41,503 nucleotides of DNA from a virus (lineage: Duplodnaviria > Caudoviricetes): positions 1 through 41,503 of IMG/VR virus record IMGVR_UViG_3300034127_000002; one strand, 5' to 3'. The translations under genes and the position numbers were made by a program. Of this stretch, positions 26,603-38,322 are shown piece by piece (the stretch's first letter is position 1; each line of letters begins with the position of its first letter). The notes under the pieces were generated by a model. That model did not search any database. It had not been told where the DNA came from and saw only the letters and a program-made list of their open reading frames with translations.

Positions 26603-28204
26603 TTACATCGACACACCAGCGGCGTCCATAGCCCCTGATGCTGCACCTTCGTCTGCCGTTGCGAGCTGACCAGCGCCTTGACCAGCAGTTGCCGCCATGT
26701 TCTCCATGCCAGTACCCACAGCCTGTTCCGCCTGTTTCCGTGCCTTGTCTTCTGGAGTGAGCAAGAGGCCGGACGTGTCGATCCCGATGGCGTTGGCCAA
26801 ACGGATCTTGATGGTGGACAGATTGAGGTCCGGGTCGGCTGCCAGTGGGGCGACCATTCCGAGGGCCTGAAGGTATTGCGTCAACTTGTCGAAGTCCTGA
26901 CCACGACCCAGCGCTTCCACACCGGTACTCACAGTTGGCTCCACGGCCTCTTTAGGGAGGTCAGGGATCTGCGAGGTGGCTTGGAGCTGGTTCAAGAGGA
27001 CTCGAACGATTGGCAGTTGCAGCTCTTGGGACAGGATCGAATAGACCCCGCCAAGTGTCGCTTCCAGTTCACTGGCAACATACCGAATCTCTTCGGCGGT
27101 CACTCGTTCACCTTGGCGTTGCACTGCACTGTTCAACATGAACACGTAACTCAAGCGGGCCTCAATGGCATCCGCTACGGACTTGGCGACACTGAAGTCA
27201 GCGGCCTTGTCCAATTGAAGGAACTCGATGTCACTCTTTCGGCCAGGTACGAATGCACCGGTCTGGGCTTTAACCAAACGACGAACCTGAGTGATCCCGT
27301 TAGGGTTCACCAAGCCAATCACCTTAGAGGCGATCATGGAGAACTTAATCATGGCCTCGTGGAGGTTCTCAAGGGAGTTCAGGTCCCCGAGGTACTCCTC
27401 GACGTGGCTCCGACCGTAGTGCTCACCGTCCCGTTTGGTCCACCTTACGGCGATCCATGGGAGGGCATCAGCAGGGTATTGGCCGTCTGTGCCTTCGATC
27501 TCCTGACCGTCAATCTCTTGGTAGCTCAGGAAGTCACCCGACTCATCATCACGATAGATGTGGGTGTACACTTCGATCTCTTCCTCGGGCTTATGATCGC
27601 CGTCAAGGGAAGTACGGATGTCCTCAGGGAGGGCCGCAAAGGCCACCTTGTCGAGGGTCACGATCTGAAGCACATTACCGAACGCATCACGCTGGACCAC
27701 ATGGTTGTGGAGTGTGTACAGCTTCATGGGGTTGTACCCATTGGCAGCAGCATCAGGCGGTGGCAGATAGATCAAACCAGAGCCCACAAGGACCAACTGA
27801 CGGATCAGCTCAAAGAGCGTCACACGGTAACTGTTGGCGTCCATGTAGGACATCATAATCCGCTCGACCATGCCAAGGCCCTGTTCGATCATTGCGAGTT
27901 CTTCAGGGTCCGTAACGAGTTGCTTGGCCTGCCATTCGGAGACCTTCAACTTCATCCAGCTTTGAAGCGGGAACAGCGCCATCATGACCTTAGCGCTCAG
28001 GTTCGACAGACCACGGGCACCCACCGCTTGATACGGGGTCGCATAGTCAGTCGAGGAGTTATCTGAGGACTTGGGGAACAGTGACGGGATGGTTACTTTC
28101 GCGCAGTTCTCTGCACGAGTTTCGTAAGGGGCTCGATCCGATTTGAGCCGTTCGTAGATTGGTGCGGCTCCTTCCTCGGCAAGCCCTTGGCGTTTCTCAG
28201 CCAT
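26603..28204 (-). CDS. gp8: Portal (head-tail connector)
   Basis: TIPSLFP, YGRSHVEEYLGDL, GERVTAEEIRYVA, STGVEALGRGQD. Confidence 0.98.
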   Translation of the reverse strand: MAEKRQGLAEEGAAPIYERLKSDRAPYETRAENCAKVTIPSLFPKSSDNSSTDYATPYQAVGARGLSNLSAKVMMALFPLQSWMKLKVSEWQAKQLVTDPEELAMIEQGLGMVERIMMSYMDANSYRVTLFELIRQLVLVGSGLIYLPPPDAAANGYNPMKLYTLHNHVVQRDAFGNVLQIVTLDKVAFAALPEDIRTSLDGDHKPEEEIEVYTHIYRDDESGDFLSYQEIDGQEIEGTDGQYPADALPWIAVRWTKRDGEHYGRSHVEEYLGDLNSLENLHEAMIKFSMIASKVIGLVNPNGITQVRRLVKAQTGAFVPGRKSDIEFLQLDKAADFSVAKSVADAIEARLSYVFMLNSAVQRQGERVTAEEIRYVASELEATLGGVYSILSQELQLPIVRVLLNQLQATSQIPDLPKEAVEPTVSTGVEALGRGQDFDKLTQYLQALGMVAPLAADPDLNLSTIKIRLANAIGIDTSGLLLTPEDKARKQAEQAVGTGMENMAATAGQGAGQLATADEGAASGAMDAAGVSM

Positions 28205-28218
28205 GGGTCATTGCCTCC

Positions 28219-28536
28219 TTACAAGTTCAGGCCAGTACCACTCGACCGGGCCACAGACAGGGAACGCTTACCACGAGCAGCAGCGGCCTTCTTGGCGGCT
28301 TCCGTATCACCCTCGTCAGTACCATCACCTTCCTTCTTGGCGGTCTCCGTGGTCACCTGAGTGACGACTGGAGCGGGTGCCGCTTGTTGCTGTGGAGCGG
28401 GTGCCGCTTCGGTCTTCGCAGTGTCATCACCACGACCAGCCAGAGCATCACCGACAGGGTCCGGCAAGCCAGTTGCTTTGGACACAGCACCAGTTACCTT
28501 GGACACAACCTTTTTAATCTTCTTGAAAAAACCCAC
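28219..28536 (-). CDS. gp7.3: Virion protein gp7.3-like
   Basis: KKIKKVVSKV N-terminus; RGKRSLSVARSSG.G.NL C-terminus. Confidence 0.88.
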   Translation of the reverse strand: MGFFKKIKKVVSKVTGAVSKATGLPDPVGDALAGRGDDTAKTEAAPAPQQQAAPAPVVTQVTTETAKKEGDGTDEGDTEAAKKAAAARGKRSLSVARSSGTGLNL

Positions 28537-28545
28537 AGGGCCTCC

Positions 28546-28827
28546 TTAACGTTTCAGTGCCCGCTTAACAGCAGGGGATTTTTTGATAGGCGTCACCTTA
28601 GAGGCGCCCGTGTCGGAAGCTGTAGCGGCCTGACTACCTTCGCCGGTCTCCACAGTGGCCTTGTCGATCTTGAGGGACTTCAGACCCGATGTGGTCTCAC
28701 CCTTGTCGGTTGTATCGTCAGCACCATCACCGAACTCAGCACCCTTAGGCGCCTCCAAGAGCATCGGTTGTGGGGCAGCCTGTTGGTCCGAGACCTTGGG
28801 CTGTTTCATTTTGGATTTGAAGCACAT
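28546..28827 (-). CDS. gp6.7: Virion protein gp6.7-like
   Basis: MCFKSKMKQPK N-terminus; synteny. Confidence 0.85.
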   Translation of the reverse strand: MCFKSKMKQPKVSDQQAAPQPMLLEAPKGAEFGDGADDTTDKGETTSGLKSLKIDKATVETGEGSQAATASDTGASKVTPIKKSPAVKRALKR

Positions 28828-28830
28828 GAA

Positions 28831-29082
28831 TCACTCCTCCTGTTCTTCCGGTTGCCTCTGCGACTCCTCCATGAGTTCAATGACTTCACAGACTGATGTG
28901 CAGCATTCAAGGAACCCCAGAATCCATTGCTCCGAGTAGCCTGCCTTTCGGAAGTCTTCCATGACTCCTGTACGGATCAAGTAGGCCGGGTTAAGGCGCA
29001 CCTGAAGGTACTGAGAGGATGCTGGAGGGATGTCTGGGATGTCGTCCGGGTGGTCGATGAAGTGTTGAATTTCCTTCAGCAT
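28831..29082 (-). CDS. gp6.5: gp6.5-like protein
   Basis: HPDDIPDIP...YLQVRLN...GYSE..I.GF. Confidence 0.88.
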   Translation of the reverse strand: MLKEIQHFIDHPDDIPDIPPASSQYLQVRLNPAYLIRTGVMEDFRKAGYSEQWILGFLECCTSVCEVIELMEESQRQPEEQEE

Positions 29083-29137
29083 TAATGCCTCCTCTTTAAG
29101 GATCTTTAAGGTTTAAGTTTCAACCCCATAGGCCACT

Positions 29138-29160
29138 CTCGGTGTATGTGAGGGTTTTTA
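29138..29160 (-). promoter_or_regulatory. Phage promoter (phi6.5 analogue)
   Basis: Exact consensus copy. Confidence 0.92.
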
Positions 29161-29203
29161 ATTCCTCACCACCTGAATGGCCTACAGTGGATTAGCTTAT
29201 GGC

Positions 29204-29284
29204 TTACCAGAACCCCGCAAGGACCCCAACGGACCACACCAATGCAGCCCCAAGGCCCATCAGTGCGAAGTCGTATTGGTTCAT
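29204..29284 (-). CDS. Small transmembrane peptide (26 aa) at the gene 6.3 position
   Basis: MNQYDFALMGLGAALVWSVGVLAGFW; ATGA-coupled to the exonuclease stop. Confidence 0.55.
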   Translation of the reverse strand: MNQYDFALMGLGAALVWSVGVLAGFW

Positions 29285-30213
29285 TGTGGAGTCCACAGGA
29301 TTGGCTTCTGGGTATCGAAGTTCCAATCACAAGCCCGCAGAATGCGAGCCACTTGAGCTTGAACAAGGAGGTCATCCGCGCTCATGCCCTTGGATGCAGC
29401 AAGCGACACAATGCAATCCCAAAGGGTCGGCGCTGGTTCGCTTGCGGCTGGTTCCCACTCGGACAGTTTGAAGCTGTCCCAATAGGCAACCTCTTGGCCC
29501 TTCCGTGGGCCGGACTTCATGACCTTAGTGGCCTCGAAGTACATCACTGGGTCCTTCAGGAATTCCAAGGCGGTTTCCTTACCGACCTGTGGAACGCCAC
29601 CGTAGCCATCCGTGGTGTCGCCCATGAGGGTCTGAAGCATGTGCCAATGATCGGCGTCATCTTCACTGTTCTTCACCAGCACCTGATTGGTCAGCCAGTA
29701 GAAGTAACCGGGGATCGTGTTGAAGTCCTTGTCGCACGAGATGATGATTACTCGGTCGCATCCTGCAAGTTCCGGCTTGGTGGCCAGAATACCCAAGACA
29801 TCATCACCCTCCACACCGTCCCACTTAAAGGTCACCTCAGGGCCGTAGTGGTCCATGATGGCCTCGCAGAACGCTGGGTAACCCACAGGCTTGCGCTTTC
29901 CTTTGCGGTTCGCCTTGTAGCTCTCAAGCACATCCTTGCGCCAGTTGTTCTCACCTGACAGGATCGCCAAGTCCTTAAAGACCAGCTCGTAATCCTTGAG
30001 CTTGGGCCACTGTTTCAGCAGGGCCTTTTCGATGTCCTTGGTGATGGTCTTGATGGTCCCAAAGAGAATCCCTCGGGCCTTCTTGTGGTCACACTCAAGT
30101 GTCCATACGTCGTCACCCCAGTCCATCTCCGACTCAGCGGCAGACATGGAACTGAAGATCAGATAGTCGAGGTCGAGACCCAGACCGATTACCATCCGTG
30201 GTTTGTTACTCAT
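29281..30213 (-). CDS. gp6: 5'-3' exonuclease
   Basis: YKANRKG, VEGDDVLGI, SCDKDF.TIP, GDTTDGY.G. Confidence 0.96.
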   Translation of the reverse strand: MSNKPRMVIGLGLDLDYLIFSSMSAAESEMDWGDDVWTLECDHKKARGILFGTIKTITKDIEKALLKQWPKLKDYELVFKDLAILSGENNWRKDVLESYKANRKGKRKPVGYPAFCEAIMDHYGPEVTFKWDGVEGDDVLGILATKPELAGCDRVIIISCDKDFNTIPGYFYWLTNQVLVKNSEDDADHWHMLQTLMGDTTDGYGGVPQVGKETALEFLKDPVMYFEATKVMKSGPRKGQEVAYWDSFKLSEWEPAASEPAPTLWDCIVSLAASKGMSADDLLVQAQVARILRACDWNFDTQKPILWTPQ

Positions 30214-30422
30214 TACACTGCACCTCCATGGTCAGACAGGAACACTTGCCCCTTCGTGGTGAGACTCCACACGCCCATGTTCCGGCCATCGGTGCGAATG
30301 CACGAGATGTGGCCACGGGAAGCCGCCTCAGAGACCAGTGCAGCGTTGCGGCGATAGAAGTCCGATTGGAATGTACGGGCCTCGCGTTTGATGTCGTAGA
30401 GGACCTTCAGGTACGGACCCAT
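30213..30422 (-). CDS. gp5.7: gp5.7-like host RNAP modulator (69 aa)
   Basis: YLKVL..IK...TFQS....NA.LV.EAASRGHISC; TGATG overlap with gp5.5. Confidence 0.92.
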   Translation of the reverse strand: MGPYLKVLYDIKREARTFQSDFYRRNAALVSEAASRGHISCIRTDGRNMGVWSLTTKGQVFLSDHGGAV

Positions 30423-30889
30423 CAGACACACCCCGCATCCCAGCCGGAAACGATACGTTCGCCGAAACTGGTGGGAATTGGAGAGTTCACAGGGGCGCGA
30501 ATACCGGTGCGCTTGCTGGCACAGCCTGAGTTCGTGTTGCGCTCAGCCCGTACACAGTTGGTCTCGATGCAGCCCTGACAGTTACGGGGCGCCTTGCTCA
30601 CCTTGAAGTCCACCTTAACGGGAGCCACACGGGAACCCTTGGGCAGTTCTTCACGGATCAGGTCCGCCAAGTCACGCTTGAGGGCATCCACGACGATGAC
30701 CTTGAGGCACTCCTCATCGGTCTTGTCACTGGCCATCAGGTCGAGCATGAACTGTTCCCGCTTGGTTACCTTGTAGCCTTCGGGGATCTTCGCGTCAGCC
30801 TTACGGGCCTCACGGAAGTCGGCCAGCATTTCACCAGCCAGCACCATGCGAATGTCAGTCGAGATTGTTGCGTTCAGCGTGATCGCCAT
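30422..30889 (-). CDS. gp5.5: gp5.5-like protein with Cys-rich C-terminal extension
   Basis: MAIT start; position between pol and 5.7; sequence similarity only moderate by eye. Confidence 0.7.
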   Translation of the reverse strand: MAITLNATISTDIRMVLAGEMLADFREARKADAKIPEGYKVTKREQFMLDLMASDKTDEECLKVIVVDALKRDLADLIREELPKGSRVAPVKVDFKVSKAPRNCQGCIETNCVRAERNTNSGCASKRTGIRAPVNSPIPTSFGERIVSGWDAGCV

Positions 30890-30899
30890 TGAGGTCTCC

Positions 30900-33038
30900 T
30901 TAGTGGCACTCGCGCCACGTTGGGCCGATCTTGCCGTCTGTATCTAATGGGCACCGGAAGTCGAAGGACTCGCCGATGGTTCGTATTGCCTGCTTGGACA
31001 CTTCAAGGATCAGCTCACCGATGGCAGGCGTCCGTGCAGCGATCTGGAGTTCATCGTGAACCCAAGCCATGAAGCAGAAGTCACCGACAGATTCCGTTCC
31101 GTCGTCGTTCATTACCATCCAACCGTGGCGTAGGCCGTGGTCTTCCAGCAGGATGCGTTCAACCTCGACGACCCATGCCTTGCAGATGACTGCCCCAGCG
31201 GACTGGAGGAGAGCATTGAGGGCACTGTGAGCCGACCGGACGTGGATCTTGCGACCATCAAGGCCCTTGATCCACCGACGCTTCCACTTGATGTCGTACT
31301 TCTTGGTCACCCGGTTGTACGACTGGGATGTGATGAGGGCGTCCTCCAAGGAATCCTTGAGGGACTTGATGACTGGGGTGTTCTCAAGGAAGGACTTCTT
31401 CAGCTCCTTACCCCGCTTCGCACCACCACCCACAATGGACCCGATCTTTCCATCACCGGCCCCGTAGAGGAACGCATAGATGAACGTCTTGGCATTGTCT
31501 CGCCATGAGTCATGCTGATGGTTCTTCTTGTCGCGGATGGTCCCAGCCGGAACGATGCCCGCAGAGAGCGCATTGGCCCAGTGAACATCACCGTCGAGGA
31601 CCTCAAGGACATACGCACCGTTGTCAAACTTGGCACCGAAGTGACCCAGACAACGAAGCTCAAGCCCAGAGGCGTCCACACCGGCCTGTACGACCTGTTC
31701 CCAGCCCGGTAGGTGCTTGGCGTAGGTTGCCCCAAAGAGGAACCGACATTCAGGCCCGTATGGGCTCTTAGCGGCTGGCACCTGACCCATGTTGGGATAG
31801 CTGTGGGTCGCACGGCCCGTTACGGCACCGTTAGGGTTGATCGAACCGTGGATGAAGCCATCAGGACCGATGTACTTGAGCCACGCTTTGTCACCCTCAG
31901 CGATCTGGCCGATCCGCTTTTGCACCATGAGGTACTCTTGGATCAGCTTGATGCAGGCCATCTTGTTCGCATCGTCTACGACCACACCCTCAAGGGTCTC
32001 ATCGTCTACGACCGGGGCGCCCTTGTCCGTGAACTCCGTGGGTTCCCATCCAGCATCCTTAAGGACCTTGATGAGGCACGGGCGGGACGTAGGCTGGAAG
32101 ACCACCAACTGGATCGGTGTGTACAGGCAGCCAGCAACATAGAGTTGCTTATTGAGGGTCTTCCCATCAGCGTTGTAGTCAGCCGATCCGGCCTTAGCGA
32201 CCTTCACGAATGCGTACTTGTCGAGCGGCTTTCCGGTTGTCGGATGAGGGAACGGCTGTGAACCACCCTTAGGCTCGTACCACTGACCGAACGTGTCGAT
32301 CAACTTCACCAGAAGATCCGAACGACGTGCTGCCAGTTCCATGTAAAGGCGCTCAGCACCCTCAGCATTGAACGGGAAACCGTTACGTTCCATCTGGGCC
32401 AGCGTCCATGCTGCATCGTGCTCCAACCGTACCGCACGAATCCCTTCAGGGCTCGCAAAGTAGTACGGATCTTCAAGGAACTTGCGGATCAACTTGGTGG
32501 TTACGCGAACGTCCTGTACGCAGTAATCCATCATGTCTTCGTTGAAGCACAGCCACTCAGTGCCGTCCTCGTAGATCTCGCCAGAGGCCTCTACGGCCTT
32601 CTTGAAGTCATGCTTGTACTCGCCCTTCATCTCACCCAAGCGATAACCCCAAGCCTCCAAGGCGTGGCTACCATAACGGGCACCGGGGATGATCCCACGG
32701 CGTAGAAGACCCGCATCGGTCTCCTTGAGGTTCGAGTGCATCAGTCGGGACAACACGAGGGTGTCGAGGATGCGTTTACGAGGGATGTTCAACCGTTTGC
32801 CCGTGAGTTCCCGCTTCATGCGGTCAAGGGCCGGGATGTCGTACTTGATCCCGTTGTGGAACACGATGAGCCCGTCAGGCTTCGCCGCTTCCATTTCCAG
32901 AGCCCTGATGTACGCCAGCACATCGTCGGGTCTGTAGCTGATGGTCTCGCCAGTGAAGTAGTCTTCGGTCACACCACAGTGGAACCTCAGGTCTGGCTTG
33001 TCGAGGAGTCCATTTGCCTCGATGTCGGAAATTAACAT
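30900..33038 (-). CDS. gp5: Family A DNA polymerase
   Basis: SDIEANGL exo I, FHNGIKYD, DASGLELR, AKTFIYAFLYGAG, WVHDELQ; TBD-like insertion HPTTGKPL. Confidence 0.99.
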   Translation of the reverse strand: MLISDIEANGLLDKPDLRFHCGVTEDYFTGETISYRPDDVLAYIRALEMEAAKPDGLIVFHNGIKYDIPALDRMKRELTGKRLNIPRKRILDTLVLSRLMHSNLKETDAGLLRRGIIPGARYGSHALEAWGYRLGEMKGEYKHDFKKAVEASGEIYEDGTEWLCFNEDMMDYCVQDVRVTTKLIRKFLEDPYYFASPEGIRAVRLEHDAAWTLAQMERNGFPFNAEGAERLYMELAARRSDLLVKLIDTFGQWYEPKGGSQPFPHPTTGKPLDKYAFVKVAKAGSADYNADGKTLNKQLYVAGCLYTPIQLVVFQPTSRPCLIKVLKDAGWEPTEFTDKGAPVVDDETLEGVVVDDANKMACIKLIQEYLMVQKRIGQIAEGDKAWLKYIGPDGFIHGSINPNGAVTGRATHSYPNMGQVPAAKSPYGPECRFLFGATYAKHLPGWEQVVQAGVDASGLELRCLGHFGAKFDNGAYVLEVLDGDVHWANALSAGIVPAGTIRDKKNHQHDSWRDNAKTFIYAFLYGAGDGKIGSIVGGGAKRGKELKKSFLENTPVIKSLKDSLEDALITSQSYNRVTKKYDIKWKRRWIKGLDGRKIHVRSAHSALNALLQSAGAVICKAWVVEVERILLEDHGLRHGWMVMNDDGTESVGDFCFMAWVHDELQIAARTPAIGELILEVSKQAIRTIGESFDFRCPLDTDGKIGPTWRECH

Positions 33039-33047
33039 GGGTCTCCT

Positions 33048-33482
33048 TTATGCTTTGGTGACCGCCTTCACTGGCAGCCAGAATCCTGTGTTATCCGTGC
33101 CTGTGCCAAACCGAACGATATGGCCATGGACGGAGTGTTTCTCCACGCAACGAGCGATGAAGTACCGGCCTTCCCAGAGGTCACGACGACGACGGAAGGT
33201 ATGACCAGCCGGGGCATAACGCAGGTCGCCAACCACGAAGCGCTCACCAGCTTGAATATCAGCGGCCTCGGTCAGCTCCTTGATCTTGGCAATCAACGGT
33301 GCCTGAATGTCCTCCATGAGTTTTCCCACGGCGTCATAGACAGGTTGCAGTGGGTCGGCCTTCACCTTGATCCACTTCGGTGGAGCGTTCTGATAGCTCT
33401 CATACGAGTAGCCCAGACTCTCAAGGAGCTGAGTGGCGTCATCGCCTTTGCGTACAAACTTGCGGACATCTTGAAGATCCAT
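33048..33482 (-). CDS. Hypothetical protein (144 aa; start MDLQDV)
   Basis: AAGGAG RBS before 33482. Confidence 0.8.
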   Translation of the reverse strand: MDLQDVRKFVRKGDDATQLLESLGYSYESYQNAPPKWIKVKADPLQPVYDAVGKLMEDIQAPLIAKIKELTEAADIQAGERFVVGDLRYAPAGHTFRRRRDLWEGRYFIARCVEKHSVHGHIVRFGTGTDNTGFWLPVKAVTKA

Positions 33483-33502
33483 TGGTGCTCCTTGAGGGTG
33501 TG

Positions 33503-33545
33503 GTGAGTTGAACAAAAGGTCCCCTTTCGGAGACCCTTCAGTCAC
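33503..33545 (-). other. GAAA-tetraloop hairpin; probable RNase III site or weak terminator
   Basis: GAAGGGTCTCC-GAAA-GGGGACCTTTT. Confidence 0.55.
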
Positions 33546-33546
33546 A

Positions 33547-33774
33547 TCACAACAGGGCTTTCAGCTTGGCAGCACGGTCGGCCAGTTGTTCCGATTCGAT
33601 GACCTGTTCGGTCGCCTTGGCTTCCAGTTCACGGACCGCGCGCGCCGCCTTGCAGCGGACCACAGCGGCCTTGATGCGGTTGTCACGGGCACGTTCGGTG
33701 GACTTCTTGGAGGCGACCACGAGGGAGGCTTGCAGTTTGGCCAGAACGAAGGTGTACAGTTTGACGATGCTCAT
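33547..33774 (-). CDS. gp4.3-like small helical protein
   Basis: AAGGAG RBS; Ala/Lys-rich; follows the helicase. Confidence 0.75.
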   Translation of the reverse strand: MSIVKLYTFVLAKLQASLVVASKKSTERARDNRIKAAVVRCKAARAVRELEAKATEQVIESEQLADRAAKLKALL

Positions 33775-33785
33775 AGTGGATCTCC

Positions 33786-36018
<2,233 letters not shown>

Positions 36019-36054
36019 GGTGTACTCCTATGAGAGAATGCGGTTAACACTAAG

Positions 36055-36092
36055 CCGACCACCAAGTTCCTTTAAGGAACCCAATGGGTCGG
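36055..36092 (-). other. Stem-loop, probable RNase III site (R3.8 analogue)
   Basis: CCGACC..GGGTTCC-TTAAA-GGAACTT..GGTCGG. Confidence 0.6.
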
Positions 36093-36093
36093 T

Positions 36094-36116
36094 CTCGGTG
36101 TATGTGAGGGTTTTTA
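36094..36116 (-). promoter_or_regulatory. Phage promoter (phi3.8 analogue)
   Basis: Exact consensus; TAA is the amidase stop. Confidence 0.92.
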
Positions 36117-36575
36117 ACGGATCTGGTCCAACCACCACGACTTCACGTCGAAGCTTGGGCAGGCCTTACCGGGATTCAGGTCACGATGGCCAACAACGGG
36201 GAGGTCCTTATAGGCTCCCTCGTGGGTACGACCTTGGGTCATACCGGTGAGCAGCCCATTTAGGGCTCCGTACTGGGCATCGTTGAAGTTGGCTTCTGGG
36301 TTTCCTTTCTGGTCGATGCCACCGACAAGGCATATGCCAAGTGATGTGGAATTAAACCCAGCCACATGAGAACCCACAACATCATGGGGGCGACCCTCCT
36401 CGATAGAGCCATCGCGACGGATGACGTAGTGATAACCAACGTCGAGCCAGCCCTGTTGGACGTGCCACTGACGAATTTCACGAACCCCAATGTCCATGGT
36501 GGACTTGGTGGCCGCACAGTGGACGACCAACATAGTGGTCTTCTCACGTTTATTAAAAGCGACTCGGCGTGCCAT
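36114..36575 (-). CDS. gp3.5: N-acetylmuramoyl-L-alanine amidase (T7 lysozyme / RNAP inhibitor)
   Basis: VHCAAT, GWLDVGYHY, GHRDL...KACPSF. Confidence 0.98.
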   Translation of the reverse strand: MARRVAFNKREKTTMLVVHCAATKSTMDIGVREIRQWHVQQGWLDVGYHYVIRRDGSIEEGRPHDVVGSHVAGFNSTSLGICLVGGIDQKGNPEANFNDAQYGALNGLLTGMTQGRTHEGAYKDLPVVGHRDLNPGKACPSFDVKSWWLDQIR

Positions 36576-37022
36576 CTACTTCTCCTTCTTCTTGATGAGA
36601 ATCCCATCGGGGATCTCTTTGCGTTTCTCCTTGAGCCACACGAGCGGCACCAACTTGTCCGCGTAAAGAATGCCGTGCTTCTCGCACCACATCCCATAGG
36701 TTGTCTTGGAGCCGGAATAAAGTTTGGACTTCGAGGAACTGAAGACCAGCCGAATGTCCAGCTCAGGGTGTTGCTCACGAATCAACAGATGCTTTTGGCG
36801 ATCAGCCACCTCCCAGAGTCCTTTGGTCTCCACGATGATTCCGTTCGAGAGTACAAAGTCTGGGTTATAGGTGGCCTCACGGGCCGGAACGACGTACTGG
36901 ACCTGATAGCCCTCAAAGGAAGCGCTGAAGCCAAGCTTCTCGATGTGGGCATGATTCCGTTCTTCAAGGCCTGACCTGTAGATACCTGAGCGAGCGTTAC
37001 GGGCGCCCCGGTATCCAGCCAT
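36576..37022 (-). CDS. gp3: Endonuclease I (Holliday junction resolvase)
   Basis: YRSGLE, YNPDF, VETKG, HPELDIRLVF. Confidence 0.98.
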   Translation of the reverse strand: MAGYRGARNARSGIYRSGLEERNHAHIEKLGFSASFEGYQVQYVVPAREATYNPDFVLSNGIIVETKGLWEVADRQKHLLIREQHPELDIRLVFSSSKSKLYSGSKTTYGMWCEKHGILYADKLVPLVWLKEKRKEIPDGILIKKKEK

Positions 37023-37696
37023 CAGAAGTCGTCGTCAGCGTCTGGGACTTCTTCCGAGGCGTGGCCCGAAGGCTCCTCATCCCATTCAGCTTTCTGTTTG
37101 GTTTCGTCAGCGACGTAGCCACCTTCCTCGACATCGCCCCAGTCGTCGTCACCACCACCGAACTCAACGAGGTCGATCAGCATGGCGCCTTCCAGTTGTA
37201 ATTTCACCGAAGCACCAACGGCAGTGTTCCACTTGTACGGGAACATGCTGTAACGGATCTTCAGGGTCGAGCCACCCGAGATGTTCGGAACGACGCTCAT
37301 GGTCTTGCCACGGCTGTCGGCGACACGGATGGTGATTTCTTTCTTCTCGCCGTCTTTCTCGAACGAGGCGTAGCACTTGAACTTGAAGGTCACGGTGCCA
37401 TCGCCATTGTCGAAGAACGGCAGGTCACCTTGACGGACAGGGACTGGACGCTTACCGGCAGCGACCTTTGGCGGGTTCGCTTCATGCTCTGCGACGAACT
37501 CAGCATACGAGCTGTCGTACAGCTTGGTGATGCGCTCCATGTCGGCCTTGGCTTCCTTCAAGGGAACGATGAGGTTCACCTTGTACTCGCCGCGAGGCTG
37601 AGGGAATTCCTTGGTGCCGAAGTCGGGCTTCTGAAGGGCAGCATAAGGTGCAGCAATGCCCTTGGCGGTGATGAATACTTGACGCTTTGCAGCCAT
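37022..37696 (-). CDS. gp2.5: ssDNA-binding protein
   Basis: GASVKLQLEG; acidic tail ending DDDF. Confidence 0.97.
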   Translation of the reverse strand: MAAKRQVFITAKGIAAPYAALQKPDFGTKEFPQPRGEYKVNLIVPLKEAKADMERITKLYDSSYAEFVAEHEANPPKVAAGKRPVPVRQGDLPFFDNGDGTVTFKFKCYASFEKDGEKKEITIRVADSRGKTMSVVPNISGGSTLKIRYSMFPYKWNTAVGASVKLQLEGAMLIDLVEFGGGDDDWGDVEEGGYVADETKQKAEWDEEPSGHASEEVPDADDDF

Positions 37697-37736
37697 GTGG
37701 AATCTCCTTTTCCGTTTACAGACCGTGACGTTGTGT

Positions 37737-37759
37737 CTCGGTGTATGTGAGGGTTTTTA
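37737..37759 (-). promoter_or_regulatory. Phage promoter (phi2.5 analogue)
   Basis: Exact consensus; TAA is the upstream stop. Confidence 0.92.
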
Positions 37760-38107
37760 GTAAGTCAGCGACTCACGCTCAGCAAAGAGCTTGTCCTTGA
37801 AGGTCTCAATGACCGGGTGCTTCATCACTTTGGTAGACGCGTGGACGACCTCACGGAAGTTCTTCTTAAGGAAGTCCTTACGGAACCGCCACACACCGTG
37901 CTTGAAGTGATGGAACTCCTGACCCTTGTGGTTCGTGTCGGAACACGCCAGTTCAATCAAGAGACCCTCAACGAGAGACTGTTGGTGAGCGTCAAGGATG
38001 TGGGTGTAGACCACACCGGCCATGCCTGAATGCTTGGTCACGGTGAAGTTCTGGATGTGCAGGAAGCCATCCGGTGCTCGGCGGGTGTTGCCTTGAGCCC
38101 GGTTCAT
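37757..38107 (-). CDS. Hypothetical protein (116 aa; start MNRAQG)
   Basis: ATGA coupling; stop embedded in the promoter. Confidence 0.8.
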   Translation of the reverse strand: MNRAQGNTRRAPDGFLHIQNFTVTKHSGMAGVVYTHILDAHQQSLVEGLLIELACSDTNHKGQEFHHFKHGVWRFRKDFLKKNFREVVHASTKVMKHPVIETFKDKLFAERESLTY

Positions 38108-38322
38108 TGCACGTCTTCCACGATGCACACATAGCCATGCTCACGCTTGAGCGGCTCACAGTGATAGGCCGGAACATGGTCGAGGATTACCATCTTTGGG
38201 GTCACTTTGGTCACCGTCGAAACGCGAAGGCCTCGATAACCACCACGCTCCGTATGGGCAACCTTTTGGCCGACCTTGAGTTCACGACCGGTTACATCTT
38301 TTGCAACTTCCTTGTTAGACAC
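38104..38322 (-). CDS. Small beta-rich hypothetical protein (72 aa)
   Basis: AAGGAG RBS + GTG; DVTGRELKVGQKV resembles a KOW/SH3-like start. Confidence 0.75.
   Translation of the reverse strand: MSNKEVAKDVTGRELKVGQKVAHTERGGYRGLRVSTVTKVTPKMVILDHVPAYHCEPLKREHGYVCIVEDVQ

Noticed and set aside
24424-28066. Long + strand ORFs (373, 301, 462 aa) antisense to capsid, scaffold and portal
   Set aside because: Codon-aligned shadows of strongly biased genes that rarely use TTA/CTA/TCA; no RBS, promoter or protein-like motifs
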